Assembly (NCBI GenBank): GCA_963763215.1
Contig: CAVXNX010000006.1
Location: 83,718 to 147,717, forward strand
From: an uncultured Bacteroidales bacterium
GTDB lineage: Bacteria; Bacteroidota; Bacteroidia; Bacteroidales; GCA-2748055
Direction of reading: 5' to 3'
DNA: 64,000 nucleotides
The position numbers and the translations under genes were made by a program. This document shows, piece by piece, positions 52,564 through 63,932 of this stretch (its first letter is position 1; every line of letters starts with the position of its first letter). The notes beneath the pieces are model-generated. The model had not been told where the DNA came from, ran no database searches, and worked only from the letters and a program-made list of their open reading frames with translations.

Positions 52564-52971
52564 ATGTCACAAAAAAATAAGGTTCAAATAATTAATCTCC
52601 CAAAAATTGAAGATGATCGCGGTAATCTTTCATTTATTGAAGAAGAGAATCATATCCCATTTAAAATCAATCGGGTTTACTGGATTTATGATGTCCCAGG
52701 TGGTGAATTCAGAGGGAGCCATGCCTTTAAGAAATCTGAAGAATTCATCGTTTCCCTGTCAGGGAGCTTCGACGTCGTTTTGCATAATGGGAAAGAAGAA
52801 AAGAAATTTTCACTTAGTCGATCTTATTACGGATTATATGTACCAAATGGGATCTTCCGGAGGCTGGAAAATTTCTCTACCAATTCGGTTGCACTGATCT
52901 TAACTTCAACTCTATTCGATGAAAGTGATTACATCAGGAACTTTAAAGAATTTTTGAATTACCTAAAATGA
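52564..52971 (+). CDS. FdtA/WxcM-like cupin (dTDP-4-keto-6-deoxyhexose 3,4-ketoisomerase-like), divergent copy
   Basis: DDRGNLSFIE...INRVYWIYDVPGGEFRGSHAFKK...DESDYIRNFKEF. It carries HAF where the FdtA-type sequence has HAH. Confidence 0.75.
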   Translation: MSQKNKVQIINLPKIEDDRGNLSFIEEENHIPFKINRVYWIYDVPGGEFRGSHAFKKSEEFIVSLSGSFDVVLHNGKEEKKFSLSRSYYGLYVPNGIFRRLENFSTNSVALILTSTLFDESDYIRNFKEFLNYLK

Positions 52972-53402
52972 TATTAAAAGCATCAATTTATAATTGTAGT
53001 ATTCTTGAATTAAGCAAAATTCACAACAGATCAGGTAGTATTACTGCAATTGAGGACAGATTCGATATTCCCTATGAAGTAAAACGCGTATACTATCTTT
53101 ACGATGTTCCGGGTGGAGCCGAAAGAGGGGGCCATGCACACCAGGAATTGCAGCAGTTGGTCGTTGCCGCAAGTGGATGTTTCGATGTTATTTTAGATGA
53201 TGGCAGAAATAAAAAAGTGGTTGAACTGAACCGACCTTACTACGGATTACACATTGTGCCAGGAATATGGAGGGAAATTTGTAATTTCTCCTCCGGAGCG
53301 GTATGCCTTGTACTCGCATCCAGTAAATATGATGAAAATGATTATTTCAGGAATTATGATGATTTTTTACAGTTCAAACTTGGTTCAAAAAAAAGGAGCT
53401 GA
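52968..53402 (+). CDS. fdtA: FdtA-like dTDP-4-keto-6-deoxyhexose 3,4-ketoisomerase
   Basis: KRVYYLYDVPGGAERGGHAHQELQQ...LDDG...VLASSKYDENDYFRNYDDF closely follows the FdtA pattern, including both His residues. Confidence 0.8.
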   Translation: MILKASIYNCSILELSKIHNRSGSITAIEDRFDIPYEVKRVYYLYDVPGGAERGGHAHQELQQLVVAASGCFDVILDDGRNKKVVELNRPYYGLHIVPGIWREICNFSSGAVCLVLASSKYDENDYFRNYDDFLQFKLGSKKRS

Positions 53403-53618
53403 CTACAGGTTGAATCTCATACTTGGTAACAATAGGTGGTAAAAGTAAGGAAGTCGGATGTCGGAAGTCAGACCTCCGACTGATTAAACGCAATATGATA
53501 GTAGCATTTAAAGAGAAAATAAGTGAGCTCAGCAGGTCACTTCTAACATCTAACTTCGGCTTCATTAAGATATTCTTTAATTGTAATTAAAGTACTAATC
53601 CTTTTATAACCTAAAGCG

Positions 53619-54551
53619 ATGCTTATTGATGTCCCCGTGAAAACTTACCGTCAGTATTTTCATACTGATCCACACCCTTATGTGTCAGAAAACTTCATTT
53701 CATTAAATAAGCATAAAGCCGATAGAATTGTGCGACTTATAGAAAATGATGAAAGGGTTTCAATTGGAATTATTGCCGGCATAAAAGATAATACTTTTTA
53801 TTCGCCTTTCTCAGCGCCATTTGGTGGATTTCACTTTATAAGTAATGAAATAAGAACTGGTGAAATATCTGAATATATCGATGATTTAAGGACTTTTCTT
53901 ATTGATCAAAAATTGCAAAAATTCAAACTTGTATTACCTCCGAATATGTATCATCATTCAATGAATGCAAAATTCGTTAATACATTCATACGGAGTGGAT
54001 TTGAGATGGCATTGCCGGATATATCTAACTATATTGATCTGAAAACATTCGATGGTACGTGGGTAAAAAAGCGTGTGGCCGAACGATGTCAGTTTGCCGA
54101 AAGAAACAATCTTTCTTTCCATTATCTTACGGATGATAAAATGAAAATGGATGCTTATGAGATTATTGTCATAAACCGAACACAGTTTGACCGTAAAATT
54201 TACATGACCTACAACGACTTGATGGATGTCGATACGATAATGCCTGTTGATTTCTTTATGGTGAAAGACAGAACAGGAGAAAATGTCGGGTCTGCGGTTT
54301 GTTACCGTGGGCATGAATCTATTGTTCAAGCCATATTCTGGGGAGATACTCAGGTAGGAAGAAAATTGGGAACCATGGATTTTTTGGTAAAATATTTATT
54401 TAAGCATTATAAAGAACTTGGTTTTGATTTCATAGATATTGGTATTTCTACAGAGGATGGAATTCCAAATGAAGGATTAATACGTTTTAAGGAATCACAT
54501 AATTGTACTTCCTGTTTAAAATTTTCCTTTTCACTTAATCTTCCTGAATAA
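53619..54551 (+). CDS. putative acyltransferase (GNAT/FemAB-like fold), family uncertain
   Basis: 310-aa intact ORF between the isomerase and aminotransferase genes, where an N-acyltransferase is expected. I can point to no diagnostic motif. Confidence 0.35.
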   Translation: MLIDVPVKTYRQYFHTDPHPYVSENFISLNKHKADRIVRLIENDERVSIGIIAGIKDNTFYSPFSAPFGGFHFISNEIRTGEISEYIDDLRTFLIDQKLQKFKLVLPPNMYHHSMNAKFVNTFIRSGFEMALPDISNYIDLKTFDGTWVKKRVAERCQFAERNNLSFHYLTDDKMKMDAYEIIVINRTQFDRKIYMTYNDLMDVDTIMPVDFFMVKDRTGENVGSAVCYRGHESIVQAIFWGDTQVGRKLGTMDFLVKYLFKHYKELGFDFIDIGISTEDGIPNEGLIRFKESHNCTSCLKFSFSLNLPE

Positions 54552-54579
54552 CAAAATCTGAAATGAATTTAATCATGAT

Positions 54580-55710
54580 ATGATTCCGTTTCTCAATTTG
54601 AAAGAGATTAATGATAGTTTCGAACCTTATCTGTCAGGTGCAATTAAGAGGATATTGGATTCGGGTTGGTACCTCCTTGGAAATGAGGTAAAAGAATTTG
54701 AACACGAGTATTCTAAATATATAGGCACAAGAAACTGTATTGGGGTGGCCAACGGATTAGATGCCTTACGTTTGATTTTCAGGGCGTATAAGGAACTTGG
54801 TGCAATGACAGATGGTGATGAAATAATTGTTCCGGCAAATACGTTCATTGCTTCAATTCTTGCTCTTACAGACAACAACCTCGTACCTGTCCTTGTTGAA
54901 CCGGACATTTCCTCATATAATATTGATCCTTTTAGGATTGAATGCTCTATTACTAAACGCACACGGGGCATTATGGTGGTTCATCTATATGGGCAAAATG
55001 CCATGCATCTGGAGATTAACGGGTTAGTTGAGAAATACAGTCTGAAACTTGTAGAGGACAATGCCCAGGCTCAGGGATGTTATTATGGAGATAAACGTAC
55101 AGGTTCGCTTGGTGATGCCGCAGGGCACAGCTTTTACCCCGGTAAAAATCTCGGGGCATTAGGTGATGCCGGAGCTGTAACTACGGACGACAATGAACTG
55201 GCTGAAGTAATCCGCACCATATCGAATTATGGATCAAAAGAAAAATATCAGTACTTATATAAAGGGCTCAATTCCAGACTGGATGAAATTCAGGCTGCCA
55301 TACTACGTTTAAAACTTCAACGCCTAGATGAAGATAACCGGAAGCGTTCACACATTGCCAACTACTATATTGAACATATATCGAATCCTGCATTAATATT
55401 GCCTTCAATATGCCATCCAGTCGGTATGGGGGCATTAAATACTAACCTTTCGCATGTTTGGCACCTATTTGTCCTTCGCTCGGCAAATCGCAATAAACTA
55501 CAACAATATTTGAGGGAACAAGGTATACAAACATTAATACATTACCCCATTCCGCCCCATAAGCAGAAGGCTATGGAAAGCTGGAATAAGTTGAAATTTC
55601 CGATAACCGAAAAGATACATGAGGAAGTATTGAGCTTGCCAATTAGCCCTGTGATAAATATGGATGATGTAAACACGATCGTAAATACCATTAATAATTA
55701 TAAAGATTAA
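54580..55710 (+). CDS. DegT/DnrJ/EryC1/StrS family sugar aminotransferase (FdtB/QdtB-like)
   Basis: [21 protein letters not shown] (PLP Lys) and [16 protein letters not shown]. Confidence 0.9.
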   Translation: MIPFLNLKEINDSFEPYLSGAIKRILDSGWYLLGNEVKEFEHEYSKYIGTRNCIGVANGLDALRLIFRAYKELGAMTDGDEIIVPANTFIASILALTDNNLVPVLVEPDISSYNIDPFRIECSITKRTRGIMVVHLYGQNAMHLEINGLVEKYSLKLVEDNAQAQGCYYGDKRTGSLGDAAGHSFYPGKNLGALGDAGAVTTDDNELAEVIRTISNYGSKEKYQYLYKGLNSRLDEIQAAILRLKLQRLDEDNRKRSHIANYYIEHISNPALILPSICHPVGMGALNTNLSHVWHLFVLRSANRNKLQQYLREQGIQTLIHYPIPPHKQKAMESWNKLKFPITEKIHEEVLSLPISPVINMDDVNTIVNTINNYKD

Positions 55711-56662
55711 TGTTTTCCTATAAACAAAGTATTTTGAAATATGGTAATCGTTTATTAAAAAGATTTGATTACCAATTAACGAGTACATCCAAGTTAAAAA
55801 GTCTGACCGATTTCACTTCAAATATAATTCGAAACACAGGTGCAAAATTGGATGATGAGAAGATTGATTCTATTGTATTTTCAAAAGACAGGGCAATGCA
55901 ACTTCATGCTTTTTTGCTCTCCTATACTGAAAAAGTAATTAACAGGGGAAGAATGAACGTTCTTTATAAATGCTCGAATAATAAGACATAAAAAGAGCTA
56001 TAACGAATTAATGCAGTCTTTTAAAAATGAAGATTTTATTTTTATCGAAGAAGTTAACTTTCGGGAACAGTTAATAGAAGTTCTCGATCAATCTGATGCT
56101 GGAAAGATAATTTTCTATGTTGATGATATGATATTTACCCTATGAAATAGATTACCAGGTAATTGCCGATATAAATACCAGGGATTATGTTGTATCTCAA
56201 AGGAGAGGTAAAGACATGACGTATAGTGTTGTTCTGCAAAAACCATTGGAATTGCCCCCTTTTACAAAATATCGTTATGGCCTTGAACGATTTTGCTGGA
56301 ATTTTTCTGATGAATACAGTGATTGGACCTATCCGTTAGGTGTAGCGGGTTATATGTACGGGAAAATTGAAATTACGGCCATGTGTAAGGCAATTCCTTT
56401 TAAAGCACCCAATTCCCTTGAAAGTGGTATGCAGCTTTATCTAAATTTCTTCAAAAATCGATTTGGATTATGTGCTGAATTTGCGACATGTGTTTGTGTT
56501 GCTGCAAACCTAGTTCAGACAGAAGGTATTAATCCCGTCATTGGTACATTTAGCGTACAGGAACTATTATTACTTTGGGAAAAAGGGAAGAAAATTGATG
56601 TGCAGCAATTCTATAATAAACCATTGAATGTAACCGAAACACAGAAATATACCTTTATTTAG
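55710..56662 (+). pseudogene. putative glycosyltransferase-like protein, fragmented over three or more frames
   Basis: ORF 55710..55991 (…IVFSKDRAMQLHAFLLS…). My translation of 55990-56150 in other frames continues KSYNELMQSFKNEDFIFIEEVNFREQL...IIFYVDDMIFT. The ORF 56216..56662 follows. Function is unverified. Confidence 0.4.
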
Positions 56663-56816
56663 TGTCAGAAAGAAAACTCATGTTTTTTAGCCGTGCTTGA
56701 TAAGAAAACGTCAAGAGCAAGGCTTGCGATGACTGAAAAACAGGAGTTTACTATTCGTAAATGACTGTTTTGAAGTCGAGCATAACGCAGCTATTGGCGT
56801 TTTCTTGCAAGCACTA
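56660..56816 (+). repeat. copy B of the 157-bp repeat (153-bp core flanked by TA); MITE-like
   Basis: Exact reverse complement of 11676..11832. Its first TA(G) supplies the stop codon of the upstream ORF, and it ends 27 nt before the wzx ATG. Confidence 0.9.
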
Positions 56817-56843
56817 TTTAGGGAAATCCTCGCTGATTGATGC

Positions 56844-58267
56844 ATGAAAAAAAGACAATCCTACAGGCACATTCTAAAAGCGACCAGTCTATTTGGTGGG
56901 GTACAGATCATACAAATATTATCCACCCTGATCCGTGGAAAATTCATCGCTGTTCTACTGGGTCCTGGGGGGATGGGAATAGCAAATCTCTATATCTCTT
57001 CAACAACGATGATCTCAAATATTACAGGACTGGGATTGAACTTCAGTGCGGTGAGAGACATTTCCATGGCAGCCGAAACGAATAACAATACAAGAATCAG
57101 TAAAATAATTAAAGTTTTCAGGCGATGGATATGGTTTAGCGGATTATTAGGTATTGTTGTCACTGTTCTTTTTGCTCCTGCTTTAAGTAAATGGACATTC
57201 GGGAATAATGATTATGCTCCTTGCTTTTATTTGGCTTTCGAGCGTACTTTTAATTAATGCCCTGGCAAAGGGAAATTTAACGATTCTCCAGGGAATGCGT
57301 CAGCTTAGGGCGATAGCTAAATCTACAGTCATTGGATCAGTTATTGGTGTTTTTACAGCCTTTCCACTCTATTATTATTTCGGAGTTGAGGGGATTATTC
57401 CTGCAATCATCATTGCTGCTCTTACGTCGCTTGCGGTTAGTACGTATTATACTAAGAAAATTAAATTACGATCTGTAAATGTGACTTATAAGGAGACCCT
57501 ATATGACGGAAAAGAGATGACCAAACTTGGTGTCTTAATGATGATAAGTCTATTCCTTGGGGCCCTTGTTACTTATGTTTTAAATGCTTTTATACGATAT
57601 AAAGGTGGAATATCGGACGTAGGACTTTACCAGGCAGGATTAAGTATTTCCGACAGATTTATCGGACTTGTATTTGTTGCAATGGGTACTGATTTTTTTC
57701 CCCGGCTATCAGGAATTAGTAAGGATAATGAAAGGTTAGGGAAATGGTAAACCAACAAGCAGAAATCGTGGTCCTTATTGCTGCTCCATTATTAATTGCT
57801 CTTCTCATTTTGGCACCTCTGATTTTACGCTTGTTTCTTTCTTCTGAATTCGCATCAATAGCCGTTTTTATTCGATGGCTTGCTTTAGGTAGTCTATTTA
57901 AAGAGCTTCATATTCAATGGGGTATATTGCCGTTGCTAAAGGAGATAAAAAGGTTTTTTTTATTGTCGAAGGTCTTTTGGGTAATTCGATTAATTTAGTA
58001 TTCAATATTATTGCCTATAATTTTTGGGGTCTGAAAGGTATGGGTATATCTATGTTAATTAGCTATGCCATTTATTTTTATGCGATATTAATGATCACTA
58101 ACCGACTTTACAATTTTGAATTTAGTCGCAAATTTATCAAAATATTTGCCTTTTATTTAGTGCTATGTGTTCTTGCTCTTATTCTCTCATTGGTTTCCGG
58201 TCCTGTATGGATATATTCGGCAGGTTCCATTATTTTTGGTATATCTATATTTTTTACGATCAGATGA
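56844..58267 (+). pseudogene. wzx: Wzx-type oligosaccharide flippase (MOP superfamily), three frame disruptions (~57230, ~57745, ~57950)
   Basis: Four consecutive hydrophobic ORFs (56844..57257, 57208..57750, 57744..57998, 57917..58267) whose N-terminus ILKATSLFGGVQIIQILSTLIRGKFIAVLLGPGGMG is typical of Wzx. The 57745 shift sits at GGGAAATGG, where AAAA would keep the frame. Confidence 0.8.
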
Positions 58268-58481
58268 ACTCGATAAACGTATTGAATTGAAATCCTTGTT
58301 GTTGTTAAAAGCAAATAAGTAAATCGTTTCAATAGGGATAAGTCCAATTGACATTTGCAATGAGCAATAAATCAATCCATGGCTAATAATCGATACAATT
58401 ATAGATAAACATTCAACTTACTTTCTTGATAAAGAGGATTATTCCCTAAGTGATCCATATTTAGACAAAATTCTATTTATT

Positions 58482-59585
58482 TTGTCATTTATCATATTTT
58501 TATTAATGTCACCCTATTTCGTTTGGTCTAATCAAAAATTATTTTTTGGTTTGGCACGTATTTCGACGGATATCATTATACTATATATATTTTTTCTATA
58601 TAATAATTCGCATATTTATAATAAAGAGTTAGTTTTTGTTTTTGTAATTGTATCCTTTTATTCTATGGTAGGAGGTACAGAAAACCGTATGATTAATTTT
58701 GTTCCTTTAGTCCCATATTATTTCTTGCATTAAGACCTAACCAGCAATTAAAAATATTTGATTTATTTGTTACCATATTATCCATTGTATATGCCATTGG
58801 GTTAGCCTCATACATGCTGAAAATTTTGGGTATGAATGTGCAATTAGCAACGGCTATATCATCCAAATACATCAAAATTTCCCTATTCAGTTTACTTCGG
58901 TCACATTGAGGAATCCGGGTTCATTGTTTATCGGTTTTCAAGTATTTTTGATGAACCTGGTGTCGTAGGAACATTAAACGGATTATTACTCTCAGTTATT
59001 GGAATATCGAAAAAAAATATTAAATCAATTATTATATTACTTACAGGTTTAATCTCCTTTTCGCTTGCATTTTATGTCATTCTCATTTTGTATTTAATAT
59101 TAAATTTTAATATTAAACAATCCATAGCTATTGGAATAATCATAATCGGATTAGGTATTGTTACTGGAGATAAGCTAAATTCACTGATAAAGAGCAGGTT
59201 ATTAATCGAAGATTGGCAATTAGCCGGTGATAATCGGACTAGTGCTGTTTTTGATTCATATTTTCACTTTTTTTTAAAAAGTGGAGGTAAAGATCTGATT
59301 TTTGGTAAAGGTCCCGGATCATTTTTTAATATACAGGAAGCGGAGGGAGTTGCAACCTATAAAATTGTTATTATTGACTATGGAATAATTGGAGTATCTT
59401 TAATATTGATTATTTTATTTACTGTGCGTTTTTCGTGAAAATAATTCAAGGCATGGATGGTTCTTTTTTCCTCGTATTGTTGCTTTGCTTCTACCAACGG
59501 CCAGAAGTACTTTATTACCCCTACATTGTTGTTTACGTTGGTGGGCTAAGATATCTTAAGGAAGGGGAAGTTGGTTCTTGCTGAG
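58482..59585 (+). pseudogene. wzy: O-antigen polymerase (Wzy)-like membrane protein, heavily fragmented
   Basis: A run of very hydrophobic, AT-rich ORF pieces (58482..58733, 59088..59438 and unlisted fragments) between the flippase and a glycosyltransferase. Boundaries are approximate. Confidence 0.4.
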
Positions 59586-59716
59586 TCGTTTCAATGATAG
59601 ATTATTTAAAGCTTTACAAAAGTTATCATTAAGAGGATCTAGAAATAATCATTTTTCTAAGGTTTTTTCGAATAGTTAATTGAATACTAAAATACATTTT
59701 ACGCACAAATATCTTA

Positions 59717-60553
59717 GTGGCTTCACAACAATTTCATAATCGTGTTGATAATAATAAAACGGATATTACGGATTTCCCACTGTATCTGTCAATATTATAA
59801 CATATAATTCTGGTGAATATGTAATTGATACTCTTGAAAGTGTCAAAAATCAGATCTACAATAATATTGAATTGATAATTAGCGACGATTGCTCGAGAGA
59901 CCAGACGGTTGCAAAATGCATGGATTGGCTAAACGAAAACTCCAACAGGTTCGTGCGAACAAAAATGCTAACTGTGACTGAAAATACTGGCGTAACTGCT
60001 AACTGTAATAGAAGTCTTGATGTTTCATCTGGTGAATGGATTATGTTTGTAGCAGGAGATGATTTATTATTTGATACTTGCCTTTATAATTTCATCCATC
60101 ATATAAGACAAAATATTCGATGTGAAATAATTGCTTCTAATGTGGTATTCTTTACTGATAATTTAAATTCAAATGAGAATTTTAATTCTCAATTAGAGCA
60201 ATTGAAAATTTTTTCTATTGTGATACTTCTGCAAAAAAACAGTTTAGAATACTTACGTACAGCAATCCAATCCTGGCTCCTTCTGTTTTTATTTCGCGAA
60301 AAAGCTACTTAAAACACTAGGAGGGTTTGATGAACGTTTTAACAATATGGAGGATTATCCATTTTGGCTCAAAGCAACTTCGAATGGTTATAAAATTGAT
60401 TTGATGAATAAATTGACAGCAGGCTATCGATTAAGATCTAATTCTATTAGCGGATATTCAGATGATTCGATTTTTAATAAAGCCTATAAAGATATTTATA
60501 TTTATAGAAAACAATGTACTTTTAAATATTTAAATGTAATAAAGACGATTTAA
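59717..60553 (+). pseudogene. GT2 family glycosyltransferase, several frame disruptions
   Basis: My translation gives (T)VSVNIITYNSGEYVIDTLESVKNQ, then ORF 59872..60312 with ELIISDDCSRDQT and FVAGDD (DxD), then ORF 60347..60553 (EDYPFWLKA...). Start and shift positions are approximate. Confidence 0.7.
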
Positions 60554-60734
60554 TTTAATGTACATTATATTTTATTCGTAGACTTATTCGTTAAAATTAA
60601 ATATTAATAAGGTCGGATATAAAAGCTTATATATTTTTTTATTAAGGTTAAATATTTTCAATTATTATAAATAACAAACTAAAAATTTAGTGGCTTTAAC
60701 ATATCTTTCTTTTTTTATAATTAATGGATGTAAT

Positions 60735-61979
60735 GCAAAACTTGAAAGTCTTATCGTTTAGTAACAACGAATTATTGAAAAGGTTGACAGTAAAAATACG
60801 GGGACCTGGTTAAATACAATGTCACATGGTTTGATGAATACTGGAGAAATTGCATTGTCTAATATTACGCAAGGTAATGTTAAGAAACTGGTTCGACGCG
60901 ATGAGGGTAGTATTAATCAGTGGATTGTTCCTCTAACTATGAAATTGGATAAAGATGGCCTTCCGGGATCACGTATTGTCGATTATTATTTGAAAGTTAT
61001 TGATGATGTAAAGCCGGATCTTATTCACATTTGGGGAACAGAGAGTTATGCAGGATTAATCACTGCAAGAAAGATGGCTCTTACTCCTGTGCTCCTTGAG
61101 ATACAAGGAATAAAAGGTGCTATTGCACGAATTTATGGCGGGCAGTTAACCCTGAGAGAACAATATCAATGCATTGGTATCAAAGAAGTACTAATGCGTT
61201 CTTCTATTTTTCATAGAAATAAACAATATAAGAAATGGGCTTTATATGAGCAGGAAATGATCTCAAATCATAAGAATATAACGGTTTTATCTCCATTTAT
61301 GGAGGCTCAAGTAAGGGCTATTAATCCTGATGCAAATATTTTTCATAATGAAATCATATTACGTGACATATTCTACAAAGGCCCTCGGTGGCAATATACA
61401 GGTAAACCTGTCATATTTACTTTATCTGCCAATTCAGCTCCGTTTAAAGGGTTACATGTATTGATCAGGGCTGTGACCAATTTGAAGAAGGTCTATCCTG
61501 ATATTGAATTGAGGATAGCCGGTTCGCATCAATTAAAAGGTATAAGAAAAGACGGTTATATAGACTGGATATTAAAGGAAATTAAAAAGTCTGATTTGAA
61601 ATCAAACATAATATGGTTAGGAGGGCAAACAGGTGAAGATATTGCAGGCGAACTTAGCCGTTGTTCAGTTGCCGTTTTCCCCAGTTTTATTGAGAGTTAC
61701 GGGATCACCCATATTGAATCAATGGCTATAGGTACTCCTTGTGTTTGTGCCTATAACGGGGGGTATTCGTATTTAGGAGAGGATGAAAAGACCACCTTGT
61801 TTTTCGCGCCGGGTGATCACATAATGTGTGCATTTCATATCCAAAGGCTTTTATCTGATAAAAGACTGGCGGAATCATTTTCTAGCAGAGCCAGGACAGA
61901 TACTCTCAAACGTAATGATAAGCAGAAGATATTGAGTAATCAACTTGATATATACAAAAAAGTGTTGAATCTTGGTTAA
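60735..61979 (+). pseudogene. GT4 family glycosyltransferase, N-terminal ~25 codons in another frame
   Basis: ORF 60819..61979 carries FPSFIESYGITHIESMAIGTPCV (the E-x7-E region). ATG 60735 (MQNLKVLSFSNN...) joins it if one A is added to the A5 run near 60795. Confidence 0.8.
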
Positions 61980-62138
61980 TAATTGAGATCCGTGAGTAAT
62001 GAAAGGATTTAAGATGTCTGATACTTCGTGGCCTAATATTATCCCTGTCTAATTCAAGATAAGTTGTCTTTACCCAGCCACGAAAATGAGCTCTGCAAAA
62101 GTGGAATGTAAAGAATTTGCCAATCCTGCTATCTAAGT

Positions 62139-62728
62139 ATGAAATACAGAAATTTATCTCATTCTTCTGATATACTTATCCGAAAATTATATTCCTTTTA
62201 GGGCGCAGAAATGTTCTCTTTGCCCGTTGGTGGGGAGTGAAACTAGGTAAGAATGCAAAATTTGACGGTAAATGTTATTTCAGGCGTTTCCCTGAATCTT
62301 CTATTAAAATTGGTCAGAATTGTTTATTTCTTTCCCGGGTAAATTCAAATCTTATTGGAATAAATCGGCCGTGTTCGATTTCAACACTCACAAAGGAAGC
62401 TAAAATTGAGATTGGAAATAATTGTGGTTTCAGCGGTACGGTTATAGGGGCGTTTAAATCCATAATATTCGGTCAAGATGTACGATGTGGAGCCAATACA
62501 CTGATAACTGATTCGGATTGGCATTTAGAAGATCCCAGAACCGGAGAGCCTAAAGCGATTGTTATCGGCAACAATGTTTGGTTAGGCGTGAATGTAGTAG
62601 TACTTAAAGGGGTTACCATAGGGAATAATACAATTATCGGGGCAAATAGTTTGGTTATTAATGATATTCCTGAAAATGTTATTGCGGCAGGAAATCCCTG
62701 TAAAGTTATAAGACAGATATATGGATAA
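62139..62728 (+). pseudogene. hexapeptide-repeat (LbH) O-acetyltransferase, frame disruption near 62200
   Basis: ORF 62237..62728 carries IGNNVWLGVNVVVLKGVTIGNNTIIGANSLV repeats. ATG 62139 (MKYRNLSH...) lies in a different frame. Confidence 0.75.
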
Positions 62729-62739
62729 TACAACACTTA

Positions 62740-63828
62740 ATGTTTTGTATCTTAGGTCATTATAATTATCCCAAAGGGGGGGCCTTAGCGAAAAGAGTAC
62801 AATATCAGGCTGAATTTTTGCAACGATCAAATGTTAATGTCTCCATTGTAATACCATTGAAAGGAATTTCAGGGATACTTAATGGTATTCCATATGATTA
62901 TGGTAAACTAAATTCTTTGAGCCGAATTTATCAATTCAGGGGGAAACATAGGAGTTAATATTCTTTTTACTCAGACATTGATTGGCGCTAAAGAATTAAT
63001 TTTTGTTCTTTTTGCAAAGATGTTGGGATATAGGATCGTAATGGATAAGGTGGAATTATTTAATTTCCTCGAAGACCGAATGAGTTTCAGACAAAAAATG
63101 GATATCAAAATCGGGTTGTTTATGGACAATTTTATCAACTGGTTTGCCAACGGGATCATCGTAATATCTACCCTATTATATGAAAAATATAAGGATATAG
63201 GCATTCCATATTATTATTGCCTAATTCTGTGCCTCATTCATTAATTGTTACAAATAATAAAAATAAGTTCAATAACCCTGTAAGAATGGTCTATGCCGGT
63301 TCATATGGTAGAAAGGATGGTGTAGAATATTTGATTCGCGCGTTTAAAAAATTAGTACAACACCATGATAATGTTGAATTACATTTAGTTGGTAAAGGTA
63401 CCAATGAGAACCATCAACGGATTAAGAATGAAATCGGATCGGGAGGATTCGTGATCTATGAACATGGTTATGTAGATGAAGATAACCTTCAGGATATCCT
63501 TTTGGATGCTGATATATTAGCTGTGACAAGGACAAATTCGAAATATGCAAATTTTGGATTCCCTTATAAACTTACAGAATACTTATGCAAAGGGAATCCG
63601 GTTTTGGCCACGCAGGTTGGTGATATTTCATTATATCTCGAAGACAAAAAGAATATCGTATTTGCTAATGCCGAGGATACAGATTCCCTCTGTGACGCTA
63701 TGGAATATTGTTTAACTAATGAAAAACAACTAATTCGGCTTGGCAGAAGGGGTCAAAAAGTAATTCAAAAATTCTTTTCAATTGAAAAAAACGGAAAATT
63801 CTTACTTGATTTTATTCTTGCTATTTAA
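62740..63828 (+). pseudogene. GT4 family glycosyltransferase in three frame pieces
   Basis: ORFs 62740..62958, 62978..63244 and 63217..63828. The last has VRMVYAGSYGRKDGVEYLIRAF and FGFPYKLTEYLCKGNPVLAT. Confidence 0.7.
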
Positions 63829-63932
63829 TGTGTAGGGTAACTAAACCCTCTTTATAATCTATTTTTATCGTTTCTTTAATTTTTTATTACTGTTTCTTAT
63901 TTGAATGAAGACTACAAAGTGTAGTTGACAAA

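Noticed and set aside
53449-53542. Two hairpins (GTCGGAAGTcagACCTCCGAC at 53460-53480 and AAGTGA-N10-TCACTT at 53521-53542) and a GGAAGTC(G/A)GA direct repeat in the spacer inside the sugar-nucleotide operon
   Set aside because: The stems are short, no U-tract follows, and there is no second copy in the window. They could be an RNA processing site or a relic, but the evidence is too thin to call a feature.
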